A stretch of DNA of 61,795 nucleotides, the filler included, from Clostridia bacterium (GTDB lineage: Bacteria > CBDUZB01 > JAGLHV01): the NCBI GenBank assembly GCA_030637025.1. It is 6 parts of 6 records of this genome, joined end to end, with 100 filler letters (N's around TTAATTAATTAA, not from the genome) between each part and the next. Parts side by side here need not be neighbours in the genome. Positions count along the whole stretch, not along the records: positions 8,499 to 31,290 come from DAOVVV010000038.1; 5 more parts are not named here. The stretch is one strand, 5' to 3'. The first letter of the stretch is position 1. Every line of letters starts with the position of its first letter. Positions 8,917 through 17,934 of the stretch are shown piece by piece. The position numbers and the translations under genes are program-made. A model generated the notes under the pieces. It was not told where the DNA came from. It worked only from the letters and a program-made list of their open reading frames with translations, and made no database searches.

Positions 8917-11655
8917 TTACTGTTTTTTCCCATCCTTATTTTTTTTATCCAAACATCGTTTTAAAAATATTTCTATTGATTCTTTTTCTTCGCTTGACAA
9001 AGAATTATCCTCTTTAAATTTTTCTGCTAATTTTTGGAATTCTGCAAGATTGTAAATTTGACTAAATCTTTCGAATTCCAAAATAAAACCCAACGAAGAG
9101 TTTTTCTTTGTATAGTAACTAATAAATTTAATAAACTTTTTGGCATCATCTTTAATAAGTGAAAAAACATAATTATTTACAGTTTTATTATTATCCCCTG
9201 TAAACATCGTCCAATTCGTTGCCCATTGGTATAATACAAAAACCCAATCTCTTTCTTCTGGTAATTCCTCAAAAATATCCTTTTTCCCATCAACAAAATA
9301 TTTTTTTAATCGGTTTGCCACGATATCTTGTATCTGCCCAATTTCTACTGAACTATAAGTCTTTTCCGTTTTACAAGAATATACAATATCAACAGCGAAA
9401 GGGAAATCTGAAATATTGGTAATAACTTCTTTTAATATAGCCTGCCTTTCGTTCTTGTCTGTTTTCTTATTAATTAAATGTAATAGAAAACTTTCACTTC
9501 TATCACCTCCATCGCTTAAGGAACCCCCTATACCCTTTCTATGAAATTTATCAACATTCTTATAAATAACCCTTACTATATCGAGAACTATCTCTTCCTG
9601 TATTTTATCTATGGACAATATAAGTTTATTAAAAAAATCCGGCAACTTTTCTTTGTTTTTCATATAAAAAATACTTTCCTCAATAATATTTTCCCTCTCA
9701 GTTTTTTCTGCTGAATGCCACAATTTTAGAGTTGTTTTCATATATTCATCAGATATTTCTAATGAAGGCACTTTCAACATAAAGTAATTTCTGAAATATT
9801 TAGGATTCGTAATTCGTTGTTTTAGGATGTCATTTTCATAGGTCGCTCTATATTCACGAAAAGCATTTCCCACTTCAACAAAGAAAATAGTCTTCAATAA
9901 TTCCTTCACAATTTTCCCTTCTTTTACCTTTTCAACTATATCTTCAATATGCTTCTTAATCTCTGAATATCTTTCTTCATTTGAGAGAGAAATAAAAGGA
10001 GACACAAAAGAATCCGAATCACCCCAATCCAGAGGAATATAAAACCAGGGCTTTTGCCAAATATCATCATAAACGTTTGGATAAAAATTTCTTATTGTCT
10101 CTAAAATAAAGAAATCGCATAAATTTACCTCACTTTTGATTGGCGGAAGGGTTAAATATATACCATTTAAATACCTTTTCACCTGACGCAAAGTCTTAAA
10201 TAATTTACCGATTTGCGTTTGGTAAATAGAATTAAACTCCTTATAAAATTTTTCTTTATCTTCTTGACTAATCCCAATTACATCAAAAAAATTATTTTTA
10301 GATGTTTTCCAAAATCCTACAACTTTAGTTTTTTCCTTTTTATCGGTTATAAAATTAAAATCTTTCTCTGTAAGACCAACCTTAAAGTTAAGAACTTTTT
10401 CCTTTGGATCAACAAATATATCCATCCAATTCTCATTTGAATATTTCAGAATAATATTTATAAATGATGTTCGGTAAATACTACCGTCGAGATGAATATC
10501 CAAAAACTGAACAAGAGCTCTTTGTTCAACTGCCGGTAACGAAATAGGTTTCTGTACAATTTTTTCTAAGAATTCCGAGTCAACATTTAACAAATTCTGA
10601 ATTATAATTGTATCAAAACTTAAAAGAAAAATTGTTTTTTTAAATTTCACATTAAGACGGATAAGTTTAAAAACAAATAAAATTTCTTCTTTCTGAAGTC
10701 TATCAATGTCATCAATGAAGATAATAATTTTCTTTCCTGAACAAATTATATAATCTTCAATTCTCTTTTGGGTTTTCTTTAAAGACTCCTCTATAGGAGA
10801 AAAGTCCATTTTTATTCCTGCTCGGGACATTCCCGAAGAAATTATACTGTGATATTTTGTAAAAGTTTCTTTAAGATTGGAAAAAACAAATTTCTTACTA
10901 AGGGTTTGTTCAATCTGTTTATAAAAAGCAGTTACAACTGCTTTTTCATTTTCAAAATACCAGGGATTAAAATTTACCACTAAGAAGTCATCATTCTTTT
11001 CAATCTTGTCCCTCAATAAGTTGACAACCGATGTTTTACCTTCACCCCATTTTCCATTTAATCCAAAGACAAAAGAATCATCAAAGGGCAACTTTATAAT
11101 ATCCTGATATAAATTTTCAATAAAATCTTCTCTTCCTAATAAATCCTGGTCAGTAAACTTGATGGGTTCATCAATCAGTGAATAATTATCTAATGGGAAA
11201 ACATCTGCTTTTCTTTCTCTCTTCTTCCAAAAATAACTCGAAAAAAACCACCCTAGTATGAAGAAACAATTCCACTTTGCAAAAAACTTAAAATTCGAAG
11301 ATCGTTCCGGGATAAATTCATCAGGCAAGAAAATAATAAATAAAGCAGAAAAAACAATAAATAAAACTATATAATCAGGCCCACTATAGTCTAACCTCTT
11401 TTTTAATTTGCGTGTATTTTCATATCTTTGCCATAACTCTTGCATTTTTTCCCAGGAACAAATGAGAAAAATGAATACAAGGGCTGTTACAGCAACAAAA
11501 GGTCCCCAAATGTCTATATTTAAAAATATTTTTATACACTCCAGATTTATTAAAACAGGAAACACCAAAAACACAAAAAATATTGACATCAAAATAACAA
11601 CAGTAATAGAAAAAATGTCTTTTGAAATATTTTCTTTTGAATTTTTCATTTTCAA
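8917..11655 (-). CDS. KAP-family P-loop NTPase with four N-terminal TM helices
   Basis: DEPI...DLLGR, Walker A GLNGKWGEGKTS, FNPWYF, Walker B IIIFIDDIDRL, FLEKIVQ, RQVKRYLN. Confidence 0.9.
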   Translation of the reverse strand: MKMKNSKENISKDIFSITVVILMSIFFVFLVFPVLINLECIKIFLNIDIWGPFVAVTALVFIFLICSWEKMQELWQRYENTRKLKKRLDYSGPDYIVLFIVFSALFIIFLPDEFIPERSSNFKFFAKWNCFFILGWFFSSYFWKKRERKADVFPLDNYSLIDEPIKFTDQDLLGREDFIENLYQDIIKLPFDDSFVFGLNGKWGEGKTSVVNLLRDKIEKNDDFLVVNFNPWYFENEKAVVTAFYKQIEQTLSKKFVFSNLKETFTKYHSIISSGMSRAGIKMDFSPIEESLKKTQKRIEDYIICSGKKIIIFIDDIDRLQKEEILFVFKLIRLNVKFKKTIFLLSFDTIIIQNLLNVDSEFLEKIVQKPISLPAVEQRALVQFLDIHLDGSIYRTSFINIILKYSNENWMDIFVDPKEKVLNFKVGLTEKDFNFITDKKEKTKVVGFWKTSKNNFFDVIGISQEDKEKFYKEFNSIYQTQIGKLFKTLRQVKRYLNGIYLTLPPIKSEVNLCDFFILETIRNFYPNVYDDIWQKPWFYIPLDWGDSDSFVSPFISLSNEERYSEIKKHIEDIVEKVKEGKIVKELLKTIFFVEVGNAFREYRATYENDILKQRITNPKYFRNYFMLKVPSLEISDEYMKTTLKLWHSAEKTERENIIEESIFYMKNKEKLPDFFNKLILSIDKIQEEIVLDIVRVIYKNVDKFHRKGIGGSLSDGGDRSESFLLHLINKKTDKNERQAILKEVITNISDFPFAVDIVYSCKTEKTYSSVEIGQIQDIVANRLKKYFVDGKKDIFEELPEERDWVFVLYQWATNWTMFTGDNNKTVNNYVFSLIKDDAKKFIKFISYYTKKNSSLGFILEFERFSQIYNLAEFQKLAEKFKEDNSLSSEEKESIEIFLKRCLDKKNKDGKKQ

Positions 11656-11775
11656 TTATCTATTCACCTATTTTTTTATCTTCTTTGTCGCTTTATCCGA
11701 AATTGTTTTTATAAAAGGTTCAAGTATAAACCAAATCAAATTTGTTCTTTATCCTGTCAAAAACCAGTCGGTGTT

Positions 11776-11797
11776 TATCTATACTATAGTATAGATA
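11776..11797. promoter_or_regulatory. 22-bp perfect palindrome upstream of the KAP NTPase
   Basis: tatctatactatagtatagata is its own reverse complement. Confidence 0.45.
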
Positions 11798-11828
11798 GCA
11801 CTTTTGTCCCTATTTTATAAAAAAACCT

Positions 11829-12569
11829 TTATTTCTCATCACTAAATGGGCTTTCTGGATCAAAAGAGGTCGTTAAAACCTTTCCTTTCATTACTTCTTT
11901 AATTTGGTCTTCGTCTATTTCGCACCATTTACCGGTCGTGGATAAAGTAAATCCTATATTCTCTGCAAATTTCTTTGCAATGTCCATAAAAGCATTGGCA
12001 CATTCTAATGCAATCAAGGATTCTTGTTCATTTATTGGGGATGCCCGATGAACAAAATTATTTCTCTTGGGCCAAATTTTCTTCTGCATTGTTTCCCATA
12101 AAGGGGCATTTTTATCTGAAATTCTTCTTTTCGTAATATCTATATCCCACTTTTTCAAAACAAAACACAAAAGTTTTTTTTCATGACCAGCTTTACTAGG
12201 CATAATTCGTTTAATAAGCTCGCCTGCCCAATCATCAGAAAGAAATGCACCTTGAACTAGAGGACGAAGAAGCAAAAAACGAATGATCAACTCAATTACT
12301 ATTACGGAAAGAATAAGTGAAGCACCGAAATAGTTATTTTCATTTAAGGCTTTTGCTCGGTCTAAGCAAAATTTAATACGCTCTTCAACTGCATCTCCAT
12401 ATTTTCCAAGATAATCTCTTACATTTTCTTCAGAAATATCTCCGAGGGCATTATTAACTAGTTTTTCTTCGTATTCCTCTCGTACTTGTTCTTCAAAATA
12501 CACATCCATCGCAGCTTCTTCAATATCCATGTTCACCGCATCATTATAATCATCAGAAATGTTTTTCAT
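11829..12569 (-). CDS. Hypothetical protein with probable HEPN domain
   Basis: Helical protein with an upstream conserved-type Glu (VIELIIR) and an Rx4H motif KRNNFVH; acidic N-terminus. Confidence 0.6.
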   Translation of the reverse strand: MKNISDDYNDAVNMDIEEAAMDVYFEEQVREEYEEKLVNNALGDISEENVRDYLGKYGDAVEERIKFCLDRAKALNENNYFGASLILSVIVIELIIRFLLLRPLVQGAFLSDDWAGELIKRIMPSKAGHEKKLLCFVLKKWDIDITKRRISDKNAPLWETMQKKIWPKRNNFVHRASPINEQESLIALECANAFMDIAKKFAENIGFTLSTTGKWCEIDEDQIKEVMKGKVLTTSFDPESPFSDEK

Positions 12570-12685
12570 GATTTATTCCCTCATTTGTGTTGTATTGTAT
12601 ACTTTAAAAGATTCTTCTACTAAAAGATTTTTTTCAACAAGCTAAAAACAGTAAGCAAGTAGATTTCAATAAATTATTGTTTTTA

Positions 12686-15109
12686 TTATTTTATTCTTAA
12701 CAAATATCCTTCAAACCCTTGGGATTTATTATATTCGAATCGTTCGAAAATATGAAGCAAAATTTTTTCTTCTAAATGCTCTCTCTGTTTATCTTCCCCT
12801 CCAATTCTTTTTAGCCATTCTGGTGGTTTTTTTAAAAACTCATTCATTAAATCATCATTTTCGGAGAAGGCTCGAACATTCATATAAAATATATCCTTCT
12901 TTAGCTCTTTGTTGTCTCCTTCTTTCAATGGAGAATACTGTATCAATTCACCTATCTTAGACTTATTTAGAATCATAATTTGCTGGTCAGTTTTTCTTTC
13001 ATAGACTTCAAAAATAGGAATATATTGATTTTTAAAAACATACCACCCTTTAACCCCTCTTATTTTTAATTGAGGATTATCTTTATACCCTTTCGGTTTA
13101 AAATTTTTGGAGTTTTCAAAAAATCTATACAAATTAACATTTACAGCAAAAATAACAATCTCTGATAAATTGCTAAATTTTTCCAATATCTTTTCAAAAG
13201 CAATCTCTTCAACTTCCTTACAACAATTCGCTATTTTTTCTAAAATATAGGAATTTTCTCCGGAAGCTAAATTGGTTCCGTCATGGCTACCATAATCACC
13301 ATAACGAACATGCCACTCTTCAAAAAAGGCCGCCTTGTCAGCTACAATATTTATACCAAATCTTTCCGGCTTACCTCTGTATTTCTCATTGGTTTTATCT
13401 TCGTATAGTTTATAGTGCTTAAAAATATTTCGTAGTATTACTGTCTCACTAAAGCCCTTTAATACTTGTTCTTTAAATTCCTCAATTTTCTTAGGACTGG
13501 TTGGCTGTTTTCTTTGTAAATCCCCGATTTGTTCTTGAGATTTTTCTTTTAAACTCTGCAAAAACGGTATCAGCTTTTCATCAAAAGTTTCATCAATTTT
13601 GGTTGTATCAAATCCAATCTTTCCTAAAATATCCGGTTGTCCTTTTATGTCTTTTGCAATTCCAACTAACTCATCTATAGAATGCTCCAAATTGCTTAAG
13701 CGATAAATATGGAACTTTGGTAAACTATAATTTTCAATTTGCTCATATTTATCATGCACATTAGGTTTGATTGTTTGCATTATTCGAGATAAAAGTAGTA
13801 TTAAATATTTTTTGTAGTAAGATTCGCTTCCATGGTGACCTTCCAAAAAATCAACCCTTCTTTCAAAAAGTCCCTTTCTAAAGTAAAAATTTATCACATC
13901 TTTAATAGAACTGGGAATAATATTATGTCCTATCCATGAAGCATCAGAATCGGGTGGCTGTTTATATTCCCATAAATATTTAATGTAATCGGGTTTTTGT
14001 TTAAACAGGCAATAAGCACCGATAGCAAAGACAATCTCTAACAGATTATTATATTTATACTGCGAAATAACAAATTCCTTAATTTCGCTTTCTATTTCCT
14101 TGGCTTTTTTCTTTTGCTCTTTGTTAAAATTGGGTTCCAGAATTTGTTTTAATTCGTCAAATTTTTCTATCCACTTATTTAATTTTTCCCTTGTATGTAA
14201 ATCCTTTTCAGAATCTAATCTTTCTATTCTATCTCCTATTCTGTATTCCTCGTTTAATTTTTGGTATTTCTCAAAACCCGATTGACGAATTAAAAAATCA
14301 TAATCCCAGATTTTTCCGCTGTAATATAAAGTAACAGTTACCCTATCCACTAAAGAAGAAACAAGATTATTAAAAAGTGACGTTTGATTTCTAGAAATAA
14401 TACATCTAACAGAAGAAAAGAAATAATCATTAAATAATTCTAGGTAACATAAATCAAAACTTTTCTCTCTCTGTCTTAGTCTGTTAAAAACTATATCAAT
14501 ATACCAATAGATTGAAGCTGCAAAAACAGAAGCATTCATTTCTTTTTCAGAAGACTTTATTGCCTTCCACGTTATAGAATGAAGTAATTTTAAAAATTGT
14601 TCTACAAAAAGATTATTTAAAGGTTCTCGGGTCAATTCTGCTAATAACCAATTTAAATGATCAATAACACATCTGCTTATTTCATCATTGTCACACCGAA
14701 AAGAACATTCCCATATCTTTTTAAAAGACTCTAAAAATTGGGTTAACCCTTTCACCTTTGTTTCTGCTGAAAAAGATAATAAAAGAGCTGCTTCTTGTTT
14801 CAATTCTTCAGCACTCTTCGCTTCTTTAGAATCTTCTTTAATTAAACTCTTCCCTCTTTCAATAGGTTGAACATAATTTTCAAGAAAATCTTTTGACCAT
14901 AAAAAAGCTTCAAATTTATCAGGATTATCTTTTTTTAACTGCCAAAATTTTCTAAAGATATATTCTAAATCTTTTAATATTTCCTTTACTGATTGATTGT
15001 CGCCTCTTTCTGTTTTTGCTAAAGTTATATTAACTATTTTCTCTAAATAAAAAAAGAGTAATTGTTGATCTTCTTTTATATTTCTATTTTTCGAGAATAA
15101 TTTTAACAT
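12686..15109 (-). CDS. Large hypothetical protein (~807-813 aa)
   Basis: Long ORF; ATG 15109 or TTG 15127 overlaps the upstream membrane ORF. No catalytic motif recognised. Confidence 0.8.
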   Translation of the reverse strand: MLKLFSKNRNIKEDQQLLFFYLEKIVNITLAKTERGDNQSVKEILKDLEYIFRKFWQLKKDNPDKFEAFLWSKDFLENYVQPIERGKSLIKEDSKEAKSAEELKQEAALLLSFSAETKVKGLTQFLESFKKIWECSFRCDNDEISRCVIDHLNWLLAELTREPLNNLFVEQFLKLLHSITWKAIKSSEKEMNASVFAASIYWYIDIVFNRLRQREKSFDLCYLELFNDYFFSSVRCIISRNQTSLFNNLVSSLVDRVTVTLYYSGKIWDYDFLIRQSGFEKYQKLNEEYRIGDRIERLDSEKDLHTREKLNKWIEKFDELKQILEPNFNKEQKKKAKEIESEIKEFVISQYKYNNLLEIVFAIGAYCLFKQKPDYIKYLWEYKQPPDSDASWIGHNIIPSSIKDVINFYFRKGLFERRVDFLEGHHGSESYYKKYLILLLSRIMQTIKPNVHDKYEQIENYSLPKFHIYRLSNLEHSIDELVGIAKDIKGQPDILGKIGFDTTKIDETFDEKLIPFLQSLKEKSQEQIGDLQRKQPTSPKKIEEFKEQVLKGFSETVILRNIFKHYKLYEDKTNEKYRGKPERFGINIVADKAAFFEEWHVRYGDYGSHDGTNLASGENSYILEKIANCCKEVEEIAFEKILEKFSNLSEIVIFAVNVNLYRFFENSKNFKPKGYKDNPQLKIRGVKGWYVFKNQYIPIFEVYERKTDQQIMILNKSKIGELIQYSPLKEGDNKELKKDIFYMNVRAFSENDDLMNEFLKKPPEWLKRIGGEDKQREHLEEKILLHIFERFEYNKSQGFEGYLLRIK

Positions 15110-15566
15110 GGCGTTTAAGTTTCCCAAGTAATAATTTATCTGTATTTATTGTATATTCTTCTACTATCTTAACAAATATATAAAAAACAATGATATTGAC
15201 AATAAACCAAAAGAAGATTGTCCATAAAACAACAGGATTAGATATGCTCAAGAATTTCAAAAAAATTGCAAGAGCAATATTCGGCAGAAGTAAGACATAT
15301 TGTAATTTGTAAAGAGGTTCTTTTGTGAAAAACTGTGCAATTTCATAATCCTTATATCTGTCGGCGGCCCGAGTAACTACTTGTAATGAGATTGGTATTG
15401 CTACACCAATCAAAACACCCTCAAAAACTGCAACATCTGATAAAAAACTAGGGCCGGGTGTAAAATTAAAAAAAAGTGATACTATCTTATCTAAACCATC
15501 AAAGAAAACATCTAAAATCTTTAAATCATTTAAATCACAAAAAACACTCTCTATAATATAAGGCAA
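15084..15566 (-). CDS. Hypothetical membrane protein (about 3 TM, DUF2254-like pattern)
   Basis: GVLIGVAIPISLQVV..RY followed by two hydrophobic helices. GGAGG lies 7 nt before TTG 15566 (track start 15599). Confidence 0.7.
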   Translation of the reverse strand: MPYIIESVFCDLNDLKILDVFFDGLDKIVSLFFNFTPGPSFLSDVAVFEGVLIGVAIPISLQVVTRAADRYKDYEIAQFFTKEPLYKLQYVLLLPNIALAIFLKFLSISNPVVLWTIFFWFIVNIIVFYIFVKIVEEYTINTDKLLLGKLKRHVKIILEK

Positions 15567-15687
15567 ATTAGTGCCTCCTATAAACTTACACCATACCAAA
15601 CTATTTTGTTATCTAACCAAGTTTTTTACTTTCTTTATTTCTTTATTTAAAAATTGTTTTTTCTTTTTGTAAAACAAACTTCTAATC

Positions 15688-16164
15688 TTATTTCTCATTC
15701 AATTCAAATTTTAACTCCAATTGTGGATTTTGAGACTTTACTTCTGCTAATATCTTTTGCACCAACGAAATCGCATCGGAGAAACATTTATCTGTTTCAG
15801 ATTTCGATAAAAGCACCCCCGCCTCATAAGTCATTCTATTGCGTTTTCTACGCATTGTTTCGAACTGCTCTGTTAAATTCTTATATTTGTTTCCTAAAAC
15901 AACGCTGGTTATTTCTACTACAGTTTTATGCTGTGCTCCATCATCCGGTCTATAACCCTTTAAAAGAAGCAATGCCCGCCCTGCCTTTAACATCGCCATA
16001 TAAGCTAATAAATAAGTCGCTCTCTGGGCAATGTGGACTATCTTTTTGGCTTCCTCAAGGTCAAATACCGCCTGTCTTAATAAAGCTTCTACTTGAATAA
16101 TACCTGCTTTTTGTTTTTTTACTTTACCTTCTTTCTCCAGTTTTTTAATAAGCTTATTTATCAT
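15688..16164 (-). CDS. HEPN domain protein (MNT-HEPN module)
   Basis: DLEEA, AYMAMLKAGRALL, QHKTVV, RRKRNRMTY; coupled to the MNT gene by a 4-nt overlap. Confidence 0.8.
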   Translation of the reverse strand: MINKLIKKLEKEGKVKKQKAGIIQVEALLRQAVFDLEEAKKIVHIAQRATYLLAYMAMLKAGRALLLLKGYRPDDGAQHKTVVEITSVVLGNKYKNLTEQFETMRRKRNRMTYEAGVLLSKSETDKCFSDAISLVQKILAEVKSQNPQLELKFELNEK

Positions 16165-16721
16165 TCAATTTTTCCTTTTAAAATTATTATTTTATCTTCA
16201 AGAATTATGTTTAAAAATCCACCTTCTTTTTTTCTTTCTTTATTAAATTCTTCTTTTGTATAAAAAGTAAAATTAATTTCTCTGTTTAATCTTGATTCTA
16301 AATTGCGAATCTGACTAATAAATTTATCCTGAGGAAATTTACCCACCAAAACTAAGTCCACATCGGACATTTTCTTTTCTTTATCTTTTGCATATGAACC
16401 ATAAACAAAAGCAAAGGATATCCCTTTATATTGAAAAACTAAATCTTTTAAGCTCCCCTGGATACCTTCTGTTTTAAAAATAATCTTTTTTAGTTCTTTA
16501 TATAGGCAATAAGCTTTATTGAGGGAATAAAATTTTACTCTTCCTTTTGAAAAGGAATTATATATGCCTTCTTCTTCCAGTTTTCTGAGTTCCCTGGAAA
16601 GATTCCCGGCATCCTCATCAATAAGGATGGCTAATTCTCTGACATAATAACTTTCATCAGGATGGGTAAAGGAATAGGTTAATAATTTTCTTCTTAATTT
16701 TGTTTTAAGTAACAAAGACAT
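16161..16721 (-). CDS. HTH + minimal nucleotidyltransferase (MNT) antitoxin-like protein
   Basis: N-terminal wHTH (YVRELA...GNLSRELRKLEEEG); YGSYAKDKEKKMSDVDL fits GSx10DxD. Confidence 0.85.
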   Translation of the reverse strand: MSLLLKTKLRRKLLTYSFTHPDESYYVRELAILIDEDAGNLSRELRKLEEEGIYNSFSKGRVKFYSLNKAYCLYKELKKIIFKTEGIQGSLKDLVFQYKGISFAFVYGSYAKDKEKKMSDVDLVLVGKFPQDKFISQIRNLESRLNREINFTFYTKEEFNKERKKEGGFLNIILEDKIIILKGKIE

Positions 16722-16737
16722 CTTTTAGAAAACCTCT

Positions 16738-16798
16738 TTTTGTTGTATAATTTACATCATATGATGTAAATTATACAACAAAAGACATATTAATTCAA
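16738..16798 (-). promoter_or_regulatory. Promoter of the MNT-HEPN unit overlapped by a 46-bp perfect palindrome
   Basis: TTGAAT (16798-16793)-17 nt-TATAAT (16775-16770); palindrome 16738-16783. Confidence 0.75.
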
Positions 16799-16876
16799 GT
16801 CATATTTTTTATTATAGTAAAGAAGCTTTCGAATATTAATCAAGTCAAATTTGTTCTTTAAAGTCGTTATCTCTAT

Positions 16877-17110
16877 TTAAACCAAAAGCCACTTATAAAC
16901 AGGCATTACCGTTATTGTCTTATTTTTTACTTTTATTTCTTCTTCATCTTCTGTAAGGATAAGACCTTTCTTTAACTTTAGTTCATCCATTGCTAAAACA
17001 AGTGCTTTTATTTCTCTCTCCCGAGTTTTATCACCGGATAAAGTTTGAGTCACTTGTATTAATGTATCAATTTTTATCCCTTGAATACTTCTCATTCCTA
17101 ATGAGAACAC
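16877..17110 (-). pseudogene. C-terminal remnant of an AAA_14/DUF4143 ATPase
   Basis: LIQV...TREREIKAL...GLILTEDEEE...PVYKWLL is the typical C-terminus; no N-terminal part upstream. Confidence 0.7.
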
Positions 17111-17201
17111 AACATCTTAATCTCTCATTGTCAATGAAAACTTTAAAAATTATTTTTAAGAAAGGTAGCCCTTGAAAAGTAGCGAAAAAGACTTGTCATA
17201 G

Positions 17202-17933
17202 TTAGCCAGTAATAGTTTGGAAAATTTTGTCTTCAAAGGGGATAAATTTGGCTGGCCAAATTGTACTAAACTTACAGAGCAGTTTAAATTGTAACGGTGA
17301 TTTTAGATTAACTTTGACAACTGAAACACATACCTTATCAGCACCATTACGATCAATTAGCAGTCCAAAATCCTTAACAAAAAACTTAGGACAGTAGCCT
17401 ACAATTTCAAGAGGATCATCAGTTCTTAACGCTAGTGCGTAAACGTCCAATTTATTTTGAATGTCTTTCATCAGATAGAGTTTGTTCCCTTGGCTAAGAT
17501 GATTAACTCTCTCAATATAATTAGGGGGTAAATGTCTAATCCCATGACTGAAAAATGTGACTTCGTACCTCCCATTTTCTTTTTTAGGAACCGGAAATAA
17601 TTGAAGAGAATCAGTTGCTCTAATCCCTTCTGTCTTAGCAAGTTCTTCAAATGGTGAAATACTATTTTTATCCAACCCAAGCCAATTTAAATAGTCATTG
17701 TATTCCGGTCTTGATTCTTGAAGCAATCGATTTTTAATAAGTGGAAATACTCCTTTTGACTCATATGAACTGTCTAAATCTTTCATTGGACGAAATGGCA
17801 CAAAATTCTTTGCCTGTTTTGCTCCGATAGTATATTTAAAAATATATTTATTATCCTTATATTGTACTCTCCCAACAGGCCACCATCCACGATTGTGTGG
17901 ATCTTGCCAAACTAAAATAAGTTCGTCAATCAT
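17202..17933 (-). CDS. HipA-N/HipS-like + HIRAN domain protein
   Basis: N-terminal LVWQDP..PVG..FKY..FP..NRL..RPEY; C-terminal HIRAN-like HGIRH..L..D.QN..D.YA..VGYCP. Confidence 0.75.
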   Translation of the reverse strand: MIDELILVWQDPHNRGWWPVGRVQYKDNKYIFKYTIGAKQAKNFVPFRPMKDLDSSYESKGVFPLIKNRLLQESRPEYNDYLNWLGLDKNSISPFEELAKTEGIRATDSLQLFPVPKKENGRYEVTFFSHGIRHLPPNYIERVNHLSQGNKLYLMKDIQNKLDVYALALRTDDPLEIVGYCPKFFVKDFGLLIDRNGADKVCVSVVKVNLKSPLQFKLLCKFSTIWPAKFIPFEDKIFQTITG

Positions 17934-17934
17934 T

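Noticed and set aside
15609-15611. In-frame TAA as evidence of stop-codon recoding
   Set aside because: TAA terminates many conserved genes here (rplL, rpoB, guaA), and a TTG start with GGAGG downstream explains the ORF.
17100-17207. GGCTAAC at the HIRAN gene stop as an integron attC inverse core
   Set aside because: No convincing complementary GTTRRRY/L-box stem, other island genes lack such ends, and there is no integrase.
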